NCBI GenBank assembly: GCA_937625935.1
Contig: OW569372.1
Location: 248,001-312,000 of the forward strand
DNA: 64,000 bases
Source: Tetramitus jugosus
Taxonomy: Eukaryota > Protista > Heterolobosea
Direction of reading: 5' to 3'
Shown: piece after piece, positions 10,746-21,601 of the stretch
Layout: every line of letters starts with the position of its first letter
Position numbering within the stretch: position 1 is the stretch's first letter
The notes under the pieces: model-generated
Database searches by the model: none
What the model saw: only the letters and a program-made list of their open reading frames with translations
What the model was told of the DNA's origin: nothing
Translations under genes and position numbers: made by a program

Positions 10746-13414
10746 TTACTTGATTTCAATGTTTGTGACCTTGACGTTTGTCGAAGGACGGTTCGATGGG
10801 AGAGATGTATGTTCTCTGTGAGATGGTTTGGGACTGCTGTTATCTTCCATCTCAGTTTCGTAAATCTCTTCACTTGTCGCATTCACAGAGGGCAGTGGCG
10901 ATAATCGCTGACTGAGGATCCGGTTCAAATGTGGAACTTTTGTTGAACTGGATGTTGAATCAACTGAGGATCGAATGTCGTCATCGTTTATAACTGGTTC
11001 AGTTTTGTTCGAGTCCTTTCGAATTTTCAGCTCGATCGCTTCAATGATTGCAGGACTGATGTTCTCTTCCATAGCTGACACCTTTTTCTTCGTTTGAATC
11101 AATTCTTTCTTGAACTTGGTGGCTCTCTTCTCACTCGTTTTCACCAGCTTCTTCATCGATACTATTTCTTCTTTGATCCTTTCAGCTTCGTTCAGTCCGT
11201 TCTCGTTAACCTTTTTCAGGGCTTCTTCTGCTTCCATAATCTCTTGTTCCACAAACTTCTTGATGTTTGTTTCCTGTTGAAGAGCTTCAGATACAGTGTT
11301 AAGACGCTGTTCTTGAGCTCTAAGTTGGGTTAATGACTCTTCTTCTCTCGATTTAACGCGTTGAATGATGCTCTGAAGAGCAGAATCCTCGTTTTCTTGT
11401 TGCTGAAGAGCTTCTGTCTCGAGCTCCTTAAACTCCTCTAGCATTCGTCGAGTTTCATATTTCGCATACTCCACTCGCTCCTCGGCTTTCTCTCTAGCTT
11501 CTCTATGTCTCATTAATTGCTCCTTTGCTTCGCTTAGCAAATGCTCTGTATACTTCAATTGAATCACTTTTTTCCTGAGCTTATTCGGGTGTATCATACT
11601 CCTATTTAACTTGTTTCTCCTCAATGATTTTGCTATTTCAAGCATGGTGGGATGGTCAATCTGATTTCCCTTGATATCTATTGATAAAATGGTTTCATTT
11701 CTTTTTGTACTCAAAATTTCTGATAATATTTTGCCTGTCTCGCCCTCTGTGAGATGGTTGTTCTTCAACCCTAGTGTTAGTAGGGTCTGATTGCATGCTA
11801 ATGCCACACATAGAGACACTGCACCCTCATCGCCAATTCCACAATTGTTCATATTTAAATTTACAATATTGGTCTGGGCCTTCCTCACCAAGTATTCCTT
11901 GGGATCCGTTCCAGTCGGTCCATCCATTGCGAGATCCAATTGTATAAGACATTTTGCGAAGGCATTCCCTCCTCGATTTCCTATTTTGTTGCTCGAGATA
12001 TTTAAGTGAGATAAGACAGCATTTGGTACAATGGAATCAGCCAATATCATTGCACCTTCCTCTGTAATCTGATTATTTGACAGATCTAAATGAGTAAGAG
12101 AGTTGTTCTCTCTCAGATACTCACCAAGTGCTATCACCGCATCATTTCCTAACATATTATCTGCTAGATTTAAAACGCATAAATTTTTCGCATGCCCTAG
12201 TGCACTGGCAAGTGATTGAACTCCTCGATTCTTTAGTCTATTCTCCTGAAGCAATAAAATCGAAATATTGCTTGTTATTCCAGAAGTACCCCTTAATAAT
12301 TGAGCGAGTGCATCTGCAACTAAGTGTCCTAACTTATTGCCTCGTAAATCTAAATAGCTAAAATCACTATTTCCCTCCAAAGACTGCACTAAACTGACTG
12401 CTGATGTGGATTTCATGTTCACTTCTCCCAATCTTAATATTGTTAAAGGCCGAGGCATGTATTTTATAGAACCAATACTCTGCGCCATATCATTCACAAT
12501 CCCGTTGGAATGAGACCCCGGTAGAAGAATGTTGTTTAACTCTGGATATGAACTCAATCCATTTAAGCTATTTATCATTGCTGATACATTCCGATTATTG
12601 GTCAGAATTTCGTTTTGTTGTGCAATATAGCTACTAATTCCATTTCCAGTAACATCGAGAGAATCAGCCAAATCAAAGAATGCTTTTTGGTCTTTCTTAC
12701 CAATCTCCTCACATCTATTTAAATCTAAGGCTGTTAAGGAATGATTCTTCCTCAAACTAATTGCCAGCATGCTGGCACATTCACTATCAATCTTGTTCCC
12801 ATATAATCCGTTTTTCTCGCTCCCCAGGATCAGTGTTCTTAATTTACAACTCCCATGACCCAACCAATCACACAACACTTCTACTCCTCTTCTCCCGATA
12901 TCGTTGCTACCAATATTTAGAAATGTAATATTGCACTTATGATCCAATAGTATAGAAGCTAGTGACCCACTCTCATCATAATCATGGTCGTTCATACCGT
13001 TCTCCATTCTCTCCAAAGCGTGTCGAGCCTCTTGTTTAGCAATGGCTCGCTTATTATTCTCTGAAATAGTAATAAATGCATCTACGAGCGATGCCACACC
13101 CCTATCTCTCATCACATTCTCATGCAAATCCAACGAGTGAATCGATGATTGATCAATCAGCACCTTACAGAGTGCATTCACAGTACTGATACCAATTCTC
13201 TGAGATCGGAGAGATATCTTTTCACCTAAACTTGTCAATGAATAGAGTGATGAATAACAAGCTCAACAGATCAATAAATCATGTCAATTCTAAACAACTT
13301 ACGTGAGCAATCCCTGTTGATGGCTTGACGCAGAGGAGCCACGGAATCCTTATTGTGTGGCTGTTTTGTGTCCATGCACCACGCCGAAAATATCTCAGAC
13401 AAGTGCTTCTCCAT
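10746..13414 (-). CDS. RNI-like leucine-rich repeat protein with C-terminal coiled coil (intron 13302-13226)
   Basis: Many LxxLxLxxNxIGxxG repeats. A GTAAGT...TAG intron links an upstream exon (MEKHLSEIF...) in frame; the start codon is uncertain. Confidence 0.8.
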
Positions 13415-13772
13415 TCTTTTTATCCAATGTGTCTCTTTCTGTTGAACTGTAAAATGACGGAGTAATATACAGACACCAAAGTTCAGAATGTACGAGCTTG
13501 GGATCTATTGAAGCAATGTACATCAAGCTAAGCTTTTCCAATGTTTATTATTGTTGTTGTTACATGGAACGTTGTCAACTACAACACAGACCGAAAACGT
13601 TATGTGTAAAAAATGGAGAGAATTCTTATCGCATCAAACAACCACCATAAACAAAAATCAATCGCACATCATAAATGACTCAATGCACGCTTCTCAGTTC
13701 TTTTGTTGTTTGACTTGTTCAATTATGCTGCAGAGCTTGCTCACCATAGCTTTCAGAAAAAAAAACACCTTC

Positions 13773-14006
13773 TTACACGTAAACACCAGTCCACAAAAGC
13801 AAAAAGAAGAGACCAAGGCCGAGAACGACAGAGGAAGAGATTGCAAGTGGTAGCTCCTTTGAAAATCTTCTGTTTACCTTGGAGGTCGTAGTCTCATACA
13901 CAATGAACCAAGCCATGAGTGCAAGGCCTAAAGTACAGAATGGAACAGCAAGTGTTGGGAGACTGGCAATGCTCACTGGTGGTTGATATGGCTGGAATGA
14001 TGACAT
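13773..14006 (-). CDS. TMEM258: Oligosaccharyltransferase subunit OST5/TMEM258
   Basis: 77 aa with two TM helices, Y..PV near the N-terminus and the C-terminal GLGLFFLLLWTGVYV signature. Confidence 0.88.
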   Translation of the reverse strand: MSSFQPYQPPVSIASLPTLAVPFCTLGLALMAWFIVYETTTSKVNRRFSKELPLAISSSVVLGLGLFFLLLWTGVYV

Positions 14007-14285
14007 TTCGTTTCTAGGGATGGATGAAAAAGAAGATTGTTGTTTGATCAAAATCGAAGAAGAGGAAAAAAAGAGAAAAATCTGATCAAACGGAGTAAAA
14101 GCAAGTATCGCCGAAACAAGAATTTTGGCCAGCGACAGATGACACGACGAGTCGTCAGGCCTGATTCAGCACAATGAAAGATTCGCCTTTGGAACAAAAA
14201 ACGAACCAACAAAATCAACAACTACCCTTCCCCATCCATATATCCTCTATATACATTGTACCATTAGTTTCCTTCTTAATTCGAA

Positions 14286-17200
14286 ATGAAGTTTAACAAA
14301 ACTCGTTCCGAAGTCAAAAAGGTTCCATCCCTGGCCACCGCACAAATGGATTCCTCATCCTCTGCTTCTGCTCAGAACCTGAACAAGAATGCTGCCAACA
14401 ATAGTTCATCTTCTCAATTGGCAGTTTCTGATAGTAATAATAATAATAATAATAACACAACTGTGGAAGAAGACATTTCTGATTTGCCAATGAACGAACA
14501 ACAAATCAATCAAGAGTACGGAGACATGTTGACAGAGTTGCACATATTGGACGAAAGAATGAGAGCGTCCGAGTTCAAGAAACCTCTGAGAAGCAAATAC
14601 TCGATTCTTCAAAACTATAAAAAGTCCCAATTGGACAGTATGATCAACGATGATCAAACACCAGAGAGCATGATCAATGCACTGAGAGAAACCAATTATT
14701 CACTAAAGTATTTGCAAAAGATTCAGATTCAGTTGAGAACAGGTGCCATACACTGGGTCAATACGTTTGTTCAGAGTGATGGTATCACTGCCATTAGTGA
14801 AGCAGTGGCACATGCTGGATTGTTGCTATCGAATTCGTATGCGACATCATCATCTCTGTCATCCTCATTGAACAACTCATCTTCCTCTTCGCTCTCAACG
14901 AGTGGTGCAAATGGCAGTTCAAGTGGCGGTGCAGCCTCGTCTAGTTCAACCTCTTCTTCAGCTGCTGCTGCGGCCAATGAAGAAGAGAACAGAAGAAGGA
15001 TCAATGCCATGAGAGAGAATGCCATGAGACAGGCAGAGTGTGTCAAGTGTTTTAGAGCCATTTTGAACACAAATGTCGGTATTGAGACATTTTTGAGCGA
15101 GAGAGATACAGTGAGAAATTTGGCTCTTGTTCTATCGGCAGACAGTGTGGTTGTTCGATCACAAGTTCTGTTCTTGTTGGCTGTAATTTGTTCATGGAGT
15201 GATCAGGGATATAAGCTCGTGTTGGACGCATTGAATCATTACAAGTTGGTGCGCAGGGAGAGACATCGATTTGAAGATATTGTGAATATGCTTAGAGAGA
15301 CAAACAATCCTGATTACAGATTGAACGCATTCCTCTTGTTCAATTCATTGTTGAGTCAAGCACCTGAAGAAGGTACAAGACTACTGTTGCACAAGGAATT
15401 CTCAAAATTGGGAATGATGAGTATTGTACAAGAGTTTAAACAGGAGTTGTTCCAGGAGACTCAAAACGATTCGGCATACGATGGACAGAATTCAGAAGAG
15501 TCCGGTGCAGAGCTAGATGAAGATGATTATGATAATTTGCAGCGTCAATTGATTCACTTTGAGGAAGAAATGGCTGAAAATTTGTCTGATCTGAACATTA
15601 TCAAGTTCTATGACGATCCAGTTGAGATTGCAAAATTGTTGAGTCACCAACTTGCAGGAAGAGATGCCTATAATCATTACTTGAACGTTCTCTACGATTT
15701 GTTGAAGTACAGTGGATCTGGCGTCGATAGAAACAACTACAACGAAAGTGTATCTATCGGATGGAAAACACTGGAGCGTATTATTCACAGATCCACATTG
15801 AATACAGATGATGGTGACATCGAAGAAATTAACGAAAAGATTTTGGATCTGGAGGATAAGATCAAGACTCAACAGGGACAAATTCAAAACTTGGAAACAG
15901 ACATGTACAAGCAACAACGAGAATACAAGCAGCAGTGCGACACTTTGTCCTCTCAGATTGAAACTGAGAAGATGAATTCAGTCAATATTGAAAAGAGATC
16001 AACCAAACTAGCTGAGGAACTCAATTTGAAGATCATTACTTTAGAGGATGATAAGAAGAATATTGGAGAGAAAGTGGAGAGATTGACTGAGCAAATCGAT
16101 ACGCTTACCAAGTTGAATACAACACTTGCAACACAAGCGAAAAATATCTCTGCCAATCAAACAGTAGCGCCTACAGTGAAGATAGAGTTGACTGGTAGTG
16201 CCAAATTGCCAGCTGATATTGTTCTGCCAGATGATGCTCCTACTCTGAAGAAATTTGTTGCCGAATTAATTGAGAAACAGAAGCAAGAACTGAGCACACT
16301 ACAAGACAAAATCAATACTATTACTGCGGAGAAGAATACATTGATGCAAAAGTTGAAGGATATCAAGGATGTCGATAGCGCCACTGCCAAGCAAATCTTG
16401 GACGGTATCCTATCTGCTGATTCATCACTCAAGACAATTACGAGTGAACCATCTACCTCTCCTGTAGCTCCTAACGCACCACCTCCACCACCTAGTATGG
16501 GCGGTCCACCACCACCACCTCCTCCAATGATGGGAGGTCCTCCACCACCACCTCCAATGATGGGTGGACCACCTCCACCACCTGGAATGATGGGTGGACC
16601 GCCACCTCCTCCGATGATGGGAGGTCCACCTCCACCACCTGGTATGGGAGGTCCTCCAGGCCCTCCAATGATGGGCATGGGAATGGGACCAAAGCTTCCT
16701 ATGGTTCCAAAGGTGAAGCCAAAGGGTCCAGTGAGAAACATTTTCCTCAAGAACTTTAGAAAGAACGAACTCCAAAATACAATCTTTACAAAGAACAAAG
16801 TTGTGGAGATGACAAATGAACTGATCAATGATATTGATCTGGAGGGTCTTGAAAAGTTGTTCACAAAGACTACAACAAACAGTGCTGCAAAGGTGGAAGC
16901 TGTACAACAGAAGAAGCAAATTATTACGCTCATCGATGGCAAGAGATCCTACAACATATCGTTGAAGCTCGGTTCATTGAGACACATGTCCTATCAACAG
17001 ATGAGAGATGCTGTCGTATCAATGAACGAAGAAGCCTTTGGTGAGAAACATATCGAAATCTTCCAACAGATTGTTCCTACAAAGGAAGAATGCGAGACTG
17101 TGATGGGATATGACGGAGATGTGCAGGACCTTGGTGAGCCTGAGAAGCTGTTCAGAGCTTTGAGTGACATTCCAAACTTGGAACAAAGAATCAATGCCTG

Positions 17201-18143
17201 GATCTTCAAACAACAATTTTTGAGTTCTGTCGGTAATGTTCGTCCATCCATTGAGACATTTACTGTTGCTTCCAAGGAGTTGCAAACTTCTGAGAAATTC
17301 AGCAAAATGTTAGGTTTGATCCTCACGATTATCAATTTCTTGAACGGTTCGGATCAGAGTAAGATTTCTTATGGTTTCGACATGTCTTCTCTTGCAAAAT
17401 TGAATGATTGCAAGGCTTCCAATGGTATGACTCTCTTGCAGTATGTTATTCAAGTAGCCGAATCAAAGCATCCAGATTTGTTGACCTTGGATCAAGAGCT
17501 GGAACACATTAGAGCTGCTACACGTATTGTGCTTGACTCTTTGGATGCCGACATTAATGCCATTAAGGGTGGAATCAACTTAGTTGGTACTCAAGTTACC
17601 CAAGCCCGAAATGCATCTCTGCAAGATGATCAATTTGTGGCTGTGATGGAACCATTCTACGAACAAGCACTTACTCAACTTGATATCATCGACCTGAAAT
17701 ATAAGGAGATGAAGGAAGAGTTGACCAGTATGAGAGCACTGTTCAGAGAAGAAGAGAAAGGTTTCTGGAAGAATCCTTCAAATTTCTTCAAGACAATTGT
17801 CAACTTTATTGACAGCATGAATACTGCTGTCAACACCAACGCACAGAGAAAGAAGGATGAAGAACGACGTGTCAAGCAGCAGGAAGAGAAGGAAAAGAAG
17901 AAGAAGCTCATGGAAGAACGTGCCAAGAATCAACAAGCTGCAGTTTTCAAGAAGAGAAAGGCCGGAAATGCAAAGACTGAAACAACTAATGTTGAATCTT
18001 CATCGACTGGAGACAGAGATGGAAGAGGTGTTCTTGATGCACATGCTAACAAATTGAAGAATGGAAGTATCTGGCAAAAGAAGAGAAAAGGAAGAGCTTC
18101 GTTGGGCAACTTCGATTTCAATCAAGCTGTCAACGAATTGTAA
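14286..18143 (+). CDS. Diaphanous-related formin (GBD/FH3, coiled coil, FH1, FH2, DAD)
   Basis: WVNTFVQSDG and CFRAILN (GBD), polyproline FH1, LIDGKRSYNI and YGFDMSSLAKL (FH2), and DAD-like GVLD...LKNG plus basic tail. Confidence 0.95.
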   Translation: MKFNKTRSEVKKVPSLATAQMDSSSSASAQNLNKNAANNSSSSQLAVSDSNNNNNNNTTVEEDISDLPMNEQQINQEYGDMLTELHILDERMRASEFKKPLRSKYSILQNYKKSQLDSMINDDQTPESMINALRETNYSLKYLQKIQIQLRTGAIHWVNTFVQSDGITAISEAVAHAGLLLSNSYATSSSLSSSLNNSSSSSLSTSGANGSSSGGAASSSSTSSSAAAAANEEENRRRINAMRENAMRQAECVKCFRAILNTNVGIETFLSERDTVRNLALVLSADSVVVRSQVLFLLAVICSWSDQGYKLVLDALNHYKLVRRERHRFEDIVNMLRETNNPDYRLNAFLLFNSLLSQAPEEGTRLLLHKEFSKLGMMSIVQEFKQELFQETQNDSAYDGQNSEESGAELDEDDYDNLQRQLIHFEEEMAENLSDLNIIKFYDDPVEIAKLLSHQLAGRDAYNHYLNVLYDLLKYSGSGVDRNNYNESVSIGWKTLERIIHRSTLNTDDGDIEEINEKILDLEDKIKTQQGQIQNLETDMYKQQREYKQQCDTLSSQIETEKMNSVNIEKRSTKLAEELNLKIITLEDDKKNIGEKVERLTEQIDTLTKLNTTLATQAKNISANQTVAPTVKIELTGSAKLPADIVLPDDAPTLKKFVAELIEKQKQELSTLQDKINTITAEKNTLMQKLKDIKDVDSATAKQILDGILSADSSLKTITSEPSTSPVAPNAPPPPPSMGGPPPPPPPMMGGPPPPPPMMGGPPPPPGMMGGPPPPPMMGGPPPPPGMGGPPGPPMMGMGMGPKLPMVPKVKPKGPVRNIFLKNFRKNELQNTIFTKNKVVEMTNELINDIDLEGLEKLFTKTTTNSAAKVEAVQQKKQIITLIDGKRSYNISLKLGSLRHMSYQQMRDAVVSMNEEAFGEKHIEIFQQIVPTKEECETVMGYDGDVQDLGEPEKLFRALSDIPNLEQRINAWIFKQQFLSSVGNVRPSIETFTVASKELQTSEKFSKMLGLILTIINFLNGSDQSKISYGFDMSSLAKLNDCKASNGMTLLQYVIQVAESKHPDLLTLDQELEHIRAATRIVLDSLDADINAIKGGINLVGTQVTQARNASLQDDQFVAVMEPFYEQALTQLDIIDLKYKEMKEELTSMRALFREEEKGFWKNPSNFFKTIVNFIDSMNTAVNTNAQRKKDEERRVKQQEEKEKKKKLMEERAKNQQAAVFKKRKAGNAKTETTNVESSSTGDRDGRGVLDAHANKLKNGSIWQKKRKGRASLGNFDFNQAVNEL
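16478..16686 (+). repeat. Imperfect coding tandem repeat encoding formin FH1 (MMGGPPPPP units)
   Basis: Repeated ATGATGGGWGGWCCWCCWCCWCCW units. Confidence 0.85.
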
Positions 18144-18248
18144 GCGATACTGTTATTGAAATGAATCATTTCGTTTGTTTTATTCAAACCAAAGCTCTTC
18201 TAATAATGTACATCTTTGCCGTGTTTTCTCTTTGAGAATAAGCTGTCG

Positions 18249-18614
18249 TTACCAAAGCTGATGATAGTAGTATTCTTCGTTTGTGCAATAAAAACAATTA
18301 TCCGGGTCATATGCCAAATCGGATAACAAATCATCCAACTTTTTCTTCTTCTTTAACTGCTTGACTTTCCGAACAATTTTGGACCATAACTTTCTTATTC
18401 TACAAAATGGAGTCTTTTTATCCAACGTGGTCTCGTGGGATATTAGTTTCGAGCTCCGAATTGAGTTCATTTCAAAGCATGCAAGTTGCTGAAGTTGTTG
18501 GGAATTGTAAGACAACCGGGTATCTCTTTCCTTTGTTCTCTGAGATCTGGAAGGGTATGGTTTGGCCCGTGTGAAACCTCTTCGAACTGAAACCTCTGAA
18601 AATCTCTTGGACAT
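18249..18614 (-). CDS. Small basic hypothetical protein
   Basis: 121-aa ATG-started ORF filling the gap between the formin and the next gene. No motif recognised. Confidence 0.45.
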   Translation of the reverse strand: MSKRFSEVSVRRGFTRAKPYPSRSQRTKERDTRLSYNSQQLQQLACFEMNSIRSSKLISHETTLDKKTPFCRIRKLWSKIVRKVKQLKKKKKLDDLLSDLAYDPDNCFYCTNEEYYYHQLW

Positions 18615-18925
18615 GGTATAAACTGAGTAAGACTAGTATTATTGAGCTCTATTGTTGTTGAATTTTTTTGTTCGTTGTGATAGCTTCAACCTGGAGCTCT
18701 ATTCCTTTTTATAGAATATCTACAGTGGAAGAAAGCCTGTGAGAAACATAGCTGTTCAGTGAACAAAATGGACTCTGTACGAACACTTCACTGGTCTAAC
18801 TTCCATCAGATGTGCTCACCCAATCGAACGGAAAATCGTAGGCTACCGAACCAAAAGAAGCAACAAAAACAATTTAGCCGCTCCTAGCGGAGTTCGAGTG
18901 GAAAGAAAAAAAGGAGGGAAAAAAC

Positions 18926-20611
18926 ATGATCAAAAAGCTTTCAGCGGACGAGGTAATCGACATTAGTGATGACGACAATGAACCACAACAAGACACCACA
19001 TCGAACCCACAACAATCAAGCAGCAACTTGACAACAACTACTACCACAACAGCTCCTCCTCAAAAAGTAGTTTTAAAACAACAACAGTCAAAGCAACAAA
19101 AAGAAAAAGTCGTTGAAGAAGTCGTCGAAGAAGAACCTCACGTTCACATTCAATTTCACAACGTTTCGTACAAGGACAGTCGAATCATTGCACTGAAGCT
19201 ACAAGATATCCTACATGATCTCAAACAATCGAACAACATTGAACAAAAACAACAACAAGCAAATGATGAGAATGAAAATGGGACGATGATGAATCATCAA
19301 AAAGAAAATGAATCGACGCTTGACATCACCATTTATGCCAATTTTGTGTTGGACAAAACTCCGAACCCATCCATTCCTGATCATTCTTCCCTGTTGAATG
19401 CACCACCATTGCCACCGCCGTCATCATCGAGGCATGGAGGAGCAGAAGCTACAGAAAATCGAAGAAAGAGGAATATTGGTCCACAAGTCTTTGACATGTA
19501 TAATAGTGGATTGGTATATGAACGATCAGTGGATCGATATGTTCCATTTGGAGTCGATCGGGATTCTGCTGCTTCTGGTCGACGTGATCGCAGAACCATG
19601 GGAAATTCTTCTGAGATTGATACGACGACAGTTTCTGTTCTCAAGTGCTTCAACTGTGGTAGACCTGATCACGAATTGAAAGATTGTCCGTTTCCGTTCG
19701 ACCACAGGTCATTTCGCAAGAACAAGGACCTCTTTTTAAAGTATCAAGCTTCGAGAAGCCGGTATGTACCAACTGGTGGAGACGATGTACGTTATTTCCA
19801 GGAAGAAAACAATGAAGACAATAATCAGGAGACAAAACAGAAACAAAGAAGTGATGCGCAGCAATACATTCAAAATTACATCAATCAAGCGACAAAAGAG
19901 AGCGCAGAAGAGAATAAGAGCTCATCTGTGAAGACAGAAGAGATAAGCAATTCAATTTATGAAGATAGGCCGCATCTAGCAGATATGGGCAGTGTGACCG
20001 ATGAGTTTTTGTTTGGAGGTTCCTTGCCAGATGATCCCGAAAGAGTTGACTGGAAAAACAAGTTTGGTTCTGCGATGGGAAGGTTACGGGAACACAAGGA
20101 AAAACATGCAAAGGATCGTGGGCATCTGGAGCAACAGAATCAATTTATTCAGATTGAAAAGAGAGACAACAGCAGCAAGGAGGAGAAAGCCCTTCATGAT
20201 ACACACAAGCAACAGGATGATTCTAGGCATGAGCACGATCGTCAGCGAGATAGAAGATCAGATAGAGCTCGAGAAAGAGACAGAGAAGAACACCATGAGG
20301 ATCGATATGATGACCACAGGAGCGAACGGTCCTACGACAGACACGTATCCAGCAGTCGAAGTAGCAGTCGTAGGTCTGAATATCATGGACGTCGACGGAG
20401 AGAGAGAAGTGAATCACCAGAGGAGAGATCTTATTCTTCTCGCTCTTATCATGGCAGTAGCGGCCGCACCTCAGAACGACGCCATTATAGTGATGAAGAG
20501 AGTGACCCGTTCGATGAGTTGATAAGGAATCGCAGGAAAAGATGGCCTGCTGAAGATCGAGAATCTGACACAGAGAGTAGTTCCAGACACAGGAAGAGAA
20601 GTCGACGATAA
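18926..20611 (+). CDS. CCHC zinc-knuckle protein (ZCCHC8-like knuckle) with RS/RD/RE-rich tail
   Basis: CFNCGRPDHELKDCP followed by ...RYFQEE; Arg/Ser/Asp-rich C-terminus. Confidence 0.75.
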   Translation: MIKKLSADEVIDISDDDNEPQQDTTSNPQQSSSNLTTTTTTTAPPQKVVLKQQQSKQQKEKVVEEVVEEEPHVHIQFHNVSYKDSRIIALKLQDILHDLKQSNNIEQKQQQANDENENGTMMNHQKENESTLDITIYANFVLDKTPNPSIPDHSSLLNAPPLPPPSSSRHGGAEATENRRKRNIGPQVFDMYNSGLVYERSVDRYVPFGVDRDSAASGRRDRRTMGNSSEIDTTTVSVLKCFNCGRPDHELKDCPFPFDHRSFRKNKDLFLKYQASRSRYVPTGGDDVRYFQEENNEDNNQETKQKQRSDAQQYIQNYINQATKESAEENKSSSVKTEEISNSIYEDRPHLADMGSVTDEFLFGGSLPDDPERVDWKNKFGSAMGRLREHKEKHAKDRGHLEQQNQFIQIEKRDNSSKEEKALHDTHKQQDDSRHEHDRQRDRRSDRARERDREEHHEDRYDDHRSERSYDRHVSSSRSSSRRSEYHGRRRRERSESPEERSYSSRSYHGSSGRTSERRHYSDEESDPFDELIRNRRKRWPAEDRESDTESSSRHRKRSRR

Positions 20612-20719
20612 TTCTGTCCCACAATGTTATCAACCGGTTGTTGTAAAAATCACGACAAATGATTGCAATACAGGCACATCAAAAAACCAAGGATCGATCA
20701 AAAAACAACCCACGACAGA

Positions 20720-21475
20720 ATGTTCTTCTTCCTGTTATTATTGATTCCATTGGTATGCCTGGCATTGGCTATCGTGTATGCACTCTGTTGGCAGTCCCAG
20801 GGAATTGAGACGTGTGACTTGAGTCAACTGGAGCAGGTTTTCCTTGAGCGGTTGCAGAAACTAGATGAAGCTGATCATCATAAGGACAACCAAAGGTTCT
20901 GCATCTACGTCATGGGAATGTCATCTTCAGGCAAAAGTACCCTGTGCAAGCAATTGAGCCAAATGCTTCATGTCCCTCACTTGGAATTGGACTCCCTGAA
21001 ACACTATCCTTCCTGGGAACAAACTTCCAATGAGGAAATGTGTCAGATTGTGGCAAAACGATTGAGTTCTGACGAGTATCGTCACGGATTCATCGTTGAT
21101 GGAAACTATAAGGCTCTTACAGAACAAATCCTTGCGCAGAAACCAATTATCATCTGGTTGGACTACTCTCGCTTTGTCATTTTTCCTCGACTCTTTTGGA
21201 GAACTTTCTTGCGTTGCCTGTTCAAAACTCAGTTGTGGAACTCTCCGGAATGCATCGAAACTTGGACATCTCAGTTCTTCACTTCACAGTCCTTGTTCGT
21301 TTTCGTGTTTCAAACGTACCATCCACTTCGAGCCAGAATATTGGAACTCAAGAATAATTATCTCGGGACCATACAGTCCAAAGGGCATTTCATTCACATT
21401 CAATCTCCTGTCGATGCCAGCTCCGTAGTCCATCGCCTCAACCGTCTTCAGTCCAACGAAAAGAAGTCCCTCTAA
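20720..21475 (+). CDS. Membrane-anchored P-loop nucleotide kinase, FlaR/adenylate-kinase-like
   Basis: N-terminal TM helix; GMSSSGKST, HLELDSL, IVDGNY and IIWLD motifs. Confidence 0.8.
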   Translation: MFFFLLLLIPLVCLALAIVYALCWQSQGIETCDLSQLEQVFLERLQKLDEADHHKDNQRFCIYVMGMSSSGKSTLCKQLSQMLHVPHLELDSLKHYPSWEQTSNEEMCQIVAKRLSSDEYRHGFIVDGNYKALTEQILAQKPIIIWLDYSRFVIFPRLFWRTFLRCLFKTQLWNSPECIETWTSQFFTSQSLFVFVFQTYHPLRARILELKNNYLGTIQSKGHFIHIQSPVDASSVVHRLNRLQSNEKKSL

Positions 21476-21601
21476 ATTCGTGAAGTAAAATCGTAACTTT
21501 TGTGCGAATGTTTTTTATCCGCCAAAAAAGCAAAGAAAGTCTGGAAAACCTTGGTTTTGGGGTAACTTTTTGCAGCAAAGAAACAGAACTCACAACGTAT
21601 A

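Noticed and set aside
16157-16942. 261-aa Gly-rich antisense ORF
   Set aside because: It is the shadow of the formin FH1 polyproline codons.
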